DNA of 64,000 nucleotides from Verrucomicrobiota bacterium (GTDB lineage: Bacteria > Verrucomicrobiota > Verrucomicrobiia > Chthoniobacterales > UBA10450): contig JBKOWV010000059.1 in the NCBI GenBank assembly GCA_046724585.1, positions 16,612 through 80,611 of the forward strand. The letters run 5' to 3'. The position numbers and the translations under genes are program-made. Positions 57,574 through 64,000 of the stretch are shown piece by piece. How positions within the stretch are numbered: the stretch's first letter is position 1; each line of letters begins with the position of its first letter. The notes beneath the pieces are model-generated. The model saw only the letters and a list, made by a program, of their open reading frames with translations, was not told the origin of the DNA and did no database searches.

Positions 57574-58455
57574 ATGGAATCAACCTCGATCCGTTTATCG
57601 GAACTAAAGGTTGGGGTCATAATCAACACATCAAGCGGGGGGTGCGATTCGGAATCTGAGGAGAAGATGCGCGCTAAGCTCAAAGGCGCGGGCGTTGTCG
57701 AGCCCAGGATATGGTGCGGCGGGGCAGACAAAATGGAGCTGTCGTTTGCCGAAGCGGCGCGGGAGAAGCTGGAGGTGTTTATCGTACTTGGAGGTGACGG
57801 CACCATCCGGACCGCTGCACAAGCATGCGCTGGAGGGGGGCGGTATCTTATCCCGCTTCCCGGGGGGACAATGAATATGCTTCCTCAGGCATTGTATGGA
57901 GACGTGTCGTGGGAAGACGCGCTCAAAAATACGCTTGTTGCTCCATCTGTGAAAGTGCTTTCCGGAGGTCGGGTCGCAGACAAACAGTTTTTTGTCGCGG
58001 CGGTTGTGGGAGCGCCTGCGCTTTGGGCAGAAGCCCGTGAATCTATACGCGACGGAAATATTGTTGATGCTGTCGAGAAGGGGAGCGTCGCTTTCCAAAA
58101 TATGTTTGAAACGAAGGTGCAGTATCTCATTTCAGACAGAATAAAGGGTGAAGCTGAAGCCATAACTCTTATCTGCCCCTTAGTATCAGAAGAAATGTCC
58201 GATTCCGAGCAAGCGCTTGAAGCTGCTGTCATTGACGTGGGAAGCGCCGCGGAAGTGATCGGTCTTGCCACTGCGGCCGCGTTTGGCAAATGGCGCGATA
58301 ACAGAAATATAGTCCTCACCAAAACACAGCGAGTAGGTGTGCAATCAAGCAAAAACATCCCTGCGACCCTCGATGGAGAAAGAGTCAATTTAGGCAGCAG
58401 CGCGGAGATCGATTTTGTCTCTAAAGCGGTCAATGTCATCGTGCCTGCCAAGTAG
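57574..58455 (+). CDS. diacylglycerol/lipid kinase family protein (DAGK_cat, YegS/LCB5-like)
   Basis: VGVIINTSSGG N-terminus and the VLGGDGTI nucleotide-binding motif. The ORF-track start at 57364 runs through the att-like repeat, so the ATG at 57574 is preferred. Confidence 0.75.
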   Translation: MESTSIRLSELKVGVIINTSSGGCDSESEEKMRAKLKGAGVVEPRIWCGGADKMELSFAEAAREKLEVFIVLGGDGTIRTAAQACAGGGRYLIPLPGGTMNMLPQALYGDVSWEDALKNTLVAPSVKVLSGGRVADKQFFVAAVVGAPALWAEARESIRDGNIVDAVEKGSVAFQNMFETKVQYLISDRIKGEAEAITLICPLVSEEMSDSEQALEAAVIDVGSAAEVIGLATAAAFGKWRDNRNIVLTKTQRVGVQSSKNIPATLDGERVNLGSSAEIDFVSKAVNVIVPAK

Positions 58456-58680
58456 GTGTTCTGGCAAAAACAGTGCCTCCCCCTGAGATTGGCCGCGATC
58501 GTGGAGTCAGTCGATGGTGATGTTGCCGGATAAGCGCTCCCTTCCGGCTTGCGCGCGACCGAAGGGATCCACCGCTGGGATGATTACGCTCGCACCGTGC
58601 AAACGCGTTTGGCTAGAGGACAGGTGTACCACTGAGGGCTCCGGCGCGGACTGACATAGTGCGCGCCCAGAATAACCCCA

Positions 58681-59145
58681 TCAGCGGCCGAGCAAGCGGG
58701 GATCGAAGTCGTAATCGATCGGCGGATGAATGCGGATGCGTTTGAAGTCTGGATGCTCGGGATTTAAGAGAAAGTTTGTGTCGGCCGGACTGATCGCACT
58801 CGGTAAGGCCAGAACCGCGGAGCGCCGTTCTTGAATCCACCGGTCGCCGATGTCTTTCGTTTCTGCCGGTGGCGGCGTGACACGCCAGTTCAGCGGCAAT
58901 TTCTTGAACGGGAAAGTTTCCGTGAGACCGTCTGGCCACTGCAAATGGAACGCTTTGTATTTTTCGTTTGGAGAAAACGGTTTGTTGTGAATGAAGACTT
59001 CGAGGGCGGCGGTCGATTGATGTTCACTAACGTAAATGACGCGCACGTTCCGCGAATTCCAGCGCCCGCCGTAACGCCATGAGCCTTCGCCGGAAAAAGC
59101 CATGGCCGCTTCGCTTTCCAGAATGATACGCCAACCCGAAGCCAT
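58681..59145 (-). CDS. RES-domain toxin (NAD+-targeting family)
   Basis: GEGSWRYGGRWNSRNVRVIYVSEHQSTAALEVFIH supplies the R...E...S signature. Lies 6 nt downstream of its antitoxin gene. Confidence 0.85.
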   Translation of the reverse strand: MASGWRIILESEAAMAFSGEGSWRYGGRWNSRNVRVIYVSEHQSTAALEVFIHNKPFSPNEKYKAFHLQWPDGLTETFPFKKLPLNWRVTPPPAETKDIGDRWIQERRSAVLALPSAISPADTNFLLNPEHPDFKRIRIHPPIDYDFDPRLLGR

Positions 59146-59151
59146 CGGGTC

Positions 59152-59565
59152 TTAGGAATAGACCCCGTACTTCATTCGACCCAATAAGTTCTCAACTTCG
59201 CGCGCGCCGATCTCTGTTTCTGCATAATCCAGCGGCACGGCGCCACCGAGACCATATTGCGGATGTTTCAGCCATGCCCGCGCCTTCTCGGTGTCGCCGA
59301 AAAGATCTGTGGCTTGGCGAAGCAGCCGCGAAAAGCGTATCACCTTATCCGATTCAGTCGGCGACAACCGTCCAGCCGCCTTGCGCCGCTGCAAAGTGGA
59401 TCGCGAGATGGCAAGCTTTGCTGCCAGTTGCTCAAAGGGCATGTCGATGCTGTCCTGCAAAACTTTCAGATCGGAAAAGGGCAATCCCTTCTGAATCCGA
59501 CGAATCAGTTCATGCGGATGCTTCGCTTTTGCGTGAACAGGCTTCTTCTCAATTGCCGTTTTCAT
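59152..59565 (-). CDS. Xre/MbcA/ParS-type antitoxin (DUF2384 C-terminal toxin-binding domain)
   Basis: HTH region (FEQLAAKLAISRSTLQRRKA) plus the C-terminal WLKHPQYGLGGAVPLDYAETEIGAREVENLLGRMKYGVYS. Confidence 0.85.
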   Translation of the reverse strand: MKTAIEKKPVHAKAKHPHELIRRIQKGLPFSDLKVLQDSIDMPFEQLAAKLAISRSTLQRRKAAGRLSPTESDKVIRFSRLLRQATDLFGDTEKARAWLKHPQYGLGGAVPLDYAETEIGAREVENLLGRMKYGVYS

Positions 59566-59580
59566 AAATAAAGCGCTAAC

Positions 59581-59623
59581 TCAATTGACACAATTTAATG
59601 ACTCAATTGAGCGAAGTCAATTG
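59581..59623 (-). promoter_or_regulatory. sigma70-type promoter with TCAATTG operator repeats for the Xre-RES operon
   Basis: On the minus strand: TTGACT (59620-59615), 17 nt, TAAATT (59597-59592). TCAATTG(A) copies lie at 59617-59623 (over -35), 59603-59610 (in the spacer), 59581-59588 (around +1) and 59549-59555 (codons 4-6). Confidence 0.6.
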
Positions 59624-59713
59624 GGAATCTCTGACCCTGTTTGGTTGTAGAGGCGGGTTGTGTCAACCGCCTGATTATCAAGTTCGGCGTTTAACGCGCG
59701 CCGCTCTTCGCAG

Positions 59714-60163
59714 CTAAGCCCCGACCTTGTCGAGAACCGAGCGGAGCTCGTGAAAATCCACTGGTTTGACCAGGTGAAAATCAAATCCCGCTTCTTTGCC
59801 GCGGCGGATGTCTTCCTCGGTGCCAAACCCAGTGATCGCCACGGCCTTGAACGGGCGGTCTCGCTTCGCCTGTGCGATTATCTCGTAACCAGTTCCATCG
59901 GGCAGACCAATGTCGCACAAGACGACATCAAATTTCTGTGATGCCATGATTTCCAGCGCGCTTCGCGTATTATCCGCCACCGAGATTTGGTGACCAAAAT
60001 GAGTGAGCAAGCGCGACAAAGTATGTCGTGTGTCTCCGTGGTCTTCCACGAGCAGGATGTGCAGCGATTTTACTGACTTTCGCGTAGTTTGAGAATCCAC
60101 GCCGCTCTTTTCCATGCGCTTCGCGGTCGCGTCAAGGGTCACTTTGAAGGTGCTCGCTACCAT
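59714..60163 (-). CDS. stand-alone response-regulator receiver domain protein
   Basis: ILLVEDHGDT ... VVLCDIGLPDGTGYE ... AITGFG ... HLVKP. No output domain and no kinase gene nearby. Confidence 0.85.
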   Translation of the reverse strand: MVASTFKVTLDATAKRMEKSGVDSQTTRKSVKSLHILLVEDHGDTRHTLSRLLTHFGHQISVADNTRSALEIMASQKFDVVLCDIGLPDGTGYEIIAQAKRDRPFKAVAITGFGTEEDIRRGKEAGFDFHLVKPVDFHELRSVLDKVGA

Positions 60164-60170
60164 TTTGTTT

Positions 60171-61136
60171 TTAGGAGATTCTCTCGCGTCCGTGTGGCTT
60201 TGTCAGGTCAAGCTCCGGTCCGATCGGCACGATTCCCGTCGGATTAATGTGCGTGTGGGTCATGTAGTAATGGCGCTTGATGTGATCGAAATTGACCGTC
60301 TCGGCAATGCCGGGCTGCTGATATAAATCCAGCAAGTAACCGTGCAGGTTCGAGTAATCGATAATCCGGCGGAGATTGCATTTGAAGTGGCCGTGATAGA
60401 CCGCATCGAATCGGACGAGCGTGCAGAAGAGCCGCCAGTCCGCTTCGACAATTCGATTGTCGAACAAGAAACGCCTTTTCGTTAAGCGCGCTTCCAATTC
60501 GTCGAGCGCATCGAAAAGTTTCCGACAGGAAACTTCGTATGGCCTTTGGCGCGTGGCGAATCCGGCTCTGTAAACGCCGTTGTTCACGTTGTCGTAAAGA
60601 AAACCACAGAGCTTGGTGTGCTCGGCTTCGATCTCTTCCGGAAAAAATTCCAGGTCTTTATTCCTGGCAAAATCATTAAACACATGGTTGAACATGCGGC
60701 AGATGTCGTCCTCGCAATTGTTGACGATCTTTCTCGTTACCTTGTCCCAAAGCACCGGGACTGTGACGCGCTCGTCGAACCCTGGATCGGTTGCCTTGTA
60801 GGCTTCGCTTAGAAATTGGAAGCCGTTGACCGGATCGGTTGATTCAAACGGCGCGCCCGGCGGAATTTTGCCCGACGAGTCGCGAAAGGCCCAGCCTTTC
60901 TCGTCCCGAATCGGATCGACAATGGTCATGCCGATCGCTTCTGCGAGTCCTTTCAGCTTTCGGAAAATCACCGTGCGACTCGCCCAGGGGCACGCCAGAG
61001 AGACGTAAAGGTGATAGCGACCAGCCGTTGGAGCGTACGGTGTCGATCCATCGGCCGAGATCCATTCACGGAATGCGTCTTCCTGGCGTTGAAATTCTCC
61101 CGACTCGGATTGCTCGGTTGGAAACTGTGCTTTCAC
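60171..61136 (-). CDS. glutathionyl-hydroquinone reductase (Xi-class GST, YqjG/ECM4-like)
   Basis: GRYHLYVSLACPWASRTVIFRKLKGL (CPWA active site) and the long C-terminal GST domain. GTG start. Confidence 0.85.
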   Translation of the reverse strand: MKAQFPTEQSESGEFQRQEDAFREWISADGSTPYAPTAGRYHLYVSLACPWASRTVIFRKLKGLAEAIGMTIVDPIRDEKGWAFRDSSGKIPPGAPFESTDPVNGFQFLSEAYKATDPGFDERVTVPVLWDKVTRKIVNNCEDDICRMFNHVFNDFARNKDLEFFPEEIEAEHTKLCGFLYDNVNNGVYRAGFATRQRPYEVSCRKLFDALDELEARLTKRRFLFDNRIVEADWRLFCTLVRFDAVYHGHFKCNLRRIIDYSNLHGYLLDLYQQPGIAETVNFDHIKRHYYMTHTHINPTGIVPIGPELDLTKPHGRERIS

Positions 61137-61188
61137 TTGAAGTTTGCCTCTAAAAAGAAATTGGCGCCAGCGACCTCGCGCCGTCTAA

Positions 61189-61257
61189 TTGTAGGGCGTT
61201 TCTGTGAAACGCTAATCTAATTTAATGAGAGTGGCGTCTGACATAGACGCTCTACAA
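61189..61257. repeat. TGTAG...CTACA palindromic repeat, family B copy 3
   Basis: TTGTAGGGCGTTTCtgtGAAACGCtaatctaatttaatgagagtgGCGTCTGacaTAGACGCTCTACAA. Same two hairpins as copies 1 and 2, with a 20-nt AT-rich insert. Confidence 0.8.
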
Positions 61258-61287
61258 TTATCTAAGTTGTCGCGCGGGCGTTAGCCT

Positions 61288-61560
61288 CTATTTGCCCGGC
61301 TTAAAGAGAGCAGCATCGAGGATTGACCAGAGATGGATGATCCATCCGAGCAAGACAAACCAGAGGATTGCCGCCAGACAGAATTGGACGATCGCCATCA
61401 ACAATCGGCCTTGCAGCAATTGGCCCAGTCCGGGGATGAAGAAACTGCAGAGTGCGGCGAGAACGTTGCCCGCTGAACCTTGGCCAGCCATGGCTCCGAT
61501 CTTATGAGCGGATGCAAGATCGACAAGTCCGTTTTCGCTGGGATCGGTCGTACGATGCAT
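61288..61560 (-). CDS. small two-TM membrane protein
   Basis: LAALCSFFIPGLGQLLQGRLLMAIVQFCLAAILWFVLLGWIIHLW. The start may be the internal MAGQGS. Confidence 0.55.
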   Translation of the reverse strand: MHRTTDPSENGLVDLASAHKIGAMAGQGSAGNVLAALCSFFIPGLGQLLQGRLLMAIVQFCLAAILWFVLLGWIIHLWSILDAALFKPGK

Positions 61561-61724
61561 ATCGGCTCCGTCGTGCCCGCGAAGCTTACCCCTGCGGCTG
61601 GTTCCAAAGTCCCCGACCTTCGCTCATCGGTCACGTTGACAGCGCAAAATGCCAATGGTACCGTCGCGCGAATTTACGTGGAAGTCCGCAAAAGGCGGAC
61701 GCCAACGTCATTGACGAGAGAAAC

Positions 61725-62336
61725 TTGCATACATCGTTAAACAGTCAGGTTTTAGTGCTGAACCGTCTCTGGCAGGCGGTCAACATCTGCACGGCCCGGC
61801 GCGCGTTTGCGCTGGTCTACGCCGGTCATGCCCACGTTGTTTCGTCTGATGAAGCGAACAATTTTATGACGCACGATTTTGAGAGCTGGCGTGATTTTTC
61901 CACAACTGCGCCGGAACACGAGATGGTCACAACGATTTCGTGGAAGATTCGCGTGCCCCGGGTGATTGTGCTGCTCTTTTTCGATCGTCTCCCGAAAAAG
62001 GAAGTGAAGTTCACGCGTCACAACGTCTTCGAGCGTGACAAGAATACCTGTCAGTATTGTGGCCAGGTTTTTGAGCGCAACGAGCTGAATCTCGATCATG
62101 TGGTGCCGCGCGAACGAGGTGGAACCACGACATGGGAAAATGTGGTTTGCTCGTGCATCCCGTGCAATACACGCAAAGGCAATCGGCTGCCGCAGGAAAC
62201 GCACATGCATCTTATCCGCAAACCGAAACGGCCGAAGTGGCGTCCGTTCGTTCACGTCACGTTTTCCGCTCCCCAACATGAAAGCTGGCGGCATTTCGTC
62301 GATCTCGCCTATTGGAACGTCGAGCTGAGCGACTAG
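61725..62336 (+). CDS. HNH endonuclease
   Basis: CQYCG...LNLDHVVPRERGGTTTWENVVCSCIPCNTRKGNRL. The conserved N-terminus VLVLNRLWQAVNI has no upstream ATG. TTG 61725 chosen, low certainty. The ORF-track start at 61452 overlaps the opposite-strand gene. Confidence 0.75.
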   Translation: MHTSLNSQVLVLNRLWQAVNICTARRAFALVYAGHAHVVSSDEANNFMTHDFESWRDFSTTAPEHEMVTTISWKIRVPRVIVLLFFDRLPKKEVKFTRHNVFERDKNTCQYCGQVFERNELNLDHVVPRERGGTTTWENVVCSCIPCNTRKGNRLPQETHMHLIRKPKRPKWRPFVHVTFSAPQHESWRHFVDLAYWNVELSD

Positions 62337-62352
62337 CGGCGCTCAGGCGTGA

Positions 62353-62432
62353 CTTGTTACATCGTTACAAAGTTACAAAGGCCAAGAGTCCTAACACGCT
62401 TGTAACTTTTGTAACCTTGTAACTCTTTTAAC
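62353..62432. repeat. GTAAC-rich palindromic repeat, family F copy 2
   Basis: TTGTTACATCGTTACAAAGTTACAAAGG - loop - CTTGTAACTTTTGTAACCTTGTAAC between convergent HNH and nuoN genes. The arms resemble the outer arms at 15466-15761. Confidence 0.65.
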
Positions 62433-63852
62433 GTCTTAACGCATCCAAGATCGGCTGCGGATAGACGCCCAGCCAGATCGTCGCGACGATCATTGCGCTG
62501 ATCGCGATACGTGACAGCCCGCTGACTGGAATCTGCTCAGTTTTGGCGGCGGACTGCCAATACATGGCGCGGACGACTTTCAGATAGTAATAAAACCCGC
62601 AGCCAACCGTGATTACGCCGACAACGACGAGCGCAATCTGCCGCTGGGCAATTGCAGCGTTAAAGATAAAGAATTTTCCGAGGAATCCCGCGGTGAATGG
62701 CACGCCGGCGAGCGAGATCATCCCGATCAACATGGCGAAAGCGAGAAAAGGCGAGCGCTTGGCCAGCCCATCAAAGTCTGCAATCTCTTCGCCGGTTTGT
62801 TGCGCTACGATGACAAGAACCGCGAAGCTCAACAGGGTCATGAGCAGATACGCCGTGAGATAAAACGTGACTGCCGGCTCGTCAAAGCACGCCACACCGA
62901 TGAGCAGATATCCAGCATGCGCGATGCTGGAGTAAGCCAGCAGCCGTTTCAGATTGTTTTGCGGGAGCGCGGCCAGGTTTCCGTAAATCAACGTGAGTAG
63001 CGCGACGAGAACGATCAGCCGTTGCATTTGCGGCAGCATCAGGAACGACTGCAAGACGCGCAGCAGCACAACAAATCCCGCCGCCTTCGAGCCGACCGAA
63101 AGATACGCCGTGACCGGTGTCGGGGCGCCCTGGTAAACATCGGGCACCCAGATTTGGAATGGCACCGCCGCGATCTTAAAACCGAGCGCGACGAGAACGA
63201 GCACCATCCCAAAAAGCGCGGCGCCATGTTCAGTCGATGGATTAGCCAGCGCGACCGTGATGCGATGCAGGTTCGTTTCACCGGTCGCTCCAAAAAGCCA
63301 GGTGATTCCGTAAACAAAGAACGCTGTTGCGAGCGCGCTTAAGACGAGATATTTCACTCCGGCTTCGAGCGTGGCCGGATTGCGCCGCGTAAAACTGACC
63401 AGGATATAAAACGAAATCGTTACCAGTTCGAGCGAGACGAAGATGAAGACGAAATCGATCGCTGAGGCCATGTACATGAGGCCCGCGCACGTTAAAATCG
63501 GGAGTGCGAAAAATTCGCCGAGCCCCGCTCGATCTGTTGATCCGGGAAACCACCGGCGCACGACCGGCGCGTAGTCGATCATCATGATCAGTACCAGGAT
63601 CGTGGTCAGTAGCGCGAACTGCTTAAAGAAAATCGACAAAGGATCGGCGGTGTAAAAGCTCCAGAAACCAATCGCTTGGTCGGGCGGCCGGCTTGGAGCG
63701 ACAAAAAAACTGGCGACGAGTACCATCACGAGACCGGTGATCCCAGCGAATGCCAAAAAGCGTTTGTCAATTTTCTTGGTGAACGCTTCAAACATTAGAA
63801 TCACCATGCCGAGCACGAGCACCGCAATCTCGAGTTCTGGCGCGGTGATCAT
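62428..63852 (-). CDS. nuoN: NADH-quinone oxidoreductase subunit N
   Basis: About 14 TM segments. LAALPQNNLKRLLAYSSIAHAGYLL antiporter-like motif. ATG 63852 preferred over TTG 63864. Confidence 0.9.
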   Translation of the reverse strand: MITAPELEIAVLVLGMVILMFEAFTKKIDKRFLAFAGITGLVMVLVASFFVAPSRPPDQAIGFWSFYTADPLSIFFKQFALLTTILVLIMMIDYAPVVRRWFPGSTDRAGLGEFFALPILTCAGLMYMASAIDFVFIFVSLELVTISFYILVSFTRRNPATLEAGVKYLVLSALATAFFVYGITWLFGATGETNLHRITVALANPSTEHGAALFGMVLVLVALGFKIAAVPFQIWVPDVYQGAPTPVTAYLSVGSKAAGFVVLLRVLQSFLMLPQMQRLIVLVALLTLIYGNLAALPQNNLKRLLAYSSIAHAGYLLIGVACFDEPAVTFYLTAYLLMTLLSFAVLVIVAQQTGEEIADFDGLAKRSPFLAFAMLIGMISLAGVPFTAGFLGKFFIFNAAIAQRQIALVVVGVITVGCGFYYYLKVVRAMYWQSAAKTEQIPVSGLSRIAISAMIVATIWLGVYPQPILDALRR

Positions 63853-63873
63853 GCTCACCTCCAAGCCAGCTCG

Positions 63874-63910
63874 TTGTAGCCACGCCCCTGCGGGGCGTTG
63901 CCGACGCAGG
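63874..63910. repeat. partial TGTAG-type repeat (family C-like)
   Basis: TTGTAGCCACGCCCCtgcGGGGCGTtgccgacgcagg, immediately upstream of nuoN. Confidence 0.55.
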
Positions 63911-64000
63911 TCTGTATATCTATTAGATGGCTTTTGTTCGCCGTCAGATAAGTGCGAAACGCAGGAGTTACGATTCGCACAAACGGTTGCGGAAAAAATC

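Noticed and set aside
60851-60870. ATTCCGCCGGGCGC on the minus strand, resembling the tRNA-derived att repeat. It could have marked a distal island boundary.
   Set aside because: The match is imperfect (one deletion plus a diverged 3' part), in opposite orientation, and inside the conserved coding sequence of the GST gene. It is most likely chance.
63968-64000. Eleven codons ending in TAA on the minus strand at the right edge; possibly the end of nuoM.
   Set aside because: Too short to recognise any family. No call made.
1-64000. CRISPR arrays, transposases, integrases, prophage genes and rRNA operons.
   Set aside because: None were seen. All repeats found are dispersed palindromes rather than direct-repeat/spacer arrays, and no ORF shows recombinase or phage hallmark motifs.

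Overview
A 64-kb chromosomal segment with moderately high GC. I call about 58 protein genes and one tRNA. I found no rRNA, CRISPR array, transposase or integrase. Most genes are housekeeping: rpoZ, smpB, glgP, infC, aroB, aroE, sucA-sucB-lpd, recO, pxpBCA, nadA, glnS, gltX, tilS, a TetR-controlled RND efflux operon and nuoN. The prepilin-type protein, the GldA/F/G-like ABC cluster with a DUF4340 protein, and the style of intergenic repeats suggest a Verrucomicrobiota/PVC-type soil bacterium; this is inference only. Five things stand out. (1) A 2.6-kb three-gene insertion (unknown 92-aa ORF, LuxR solo, small secreted protein) is bracketed by a duplicated, decayed copy of the 3' end of the RND permease gene. 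(2) tRNA-Arg(CCT) has its 3' end repeated about 125 bp downstream, followed by a lipid-kinase-like gene, a RES-Xre toxin-antitoxin pair with a readable promoter and operator, and an orphan receiver. (3) Several families of palindromic intergenic repeats are present. One family starts with TGTAG and ends with CTACA, and its termini supply the TAG stop codon of at least five genes. A second, MITE-like family sits inside the suc and pxp operons. (4) copC is frameshifted. (5) infC must start at a non-ATG/GTG/TTG codon. Coordinates of non-ORF features were counted by hand against ORF anchors and may be off by 1-2 nt. No database search was possible, so all family names rest on motifs I can read in the translations.
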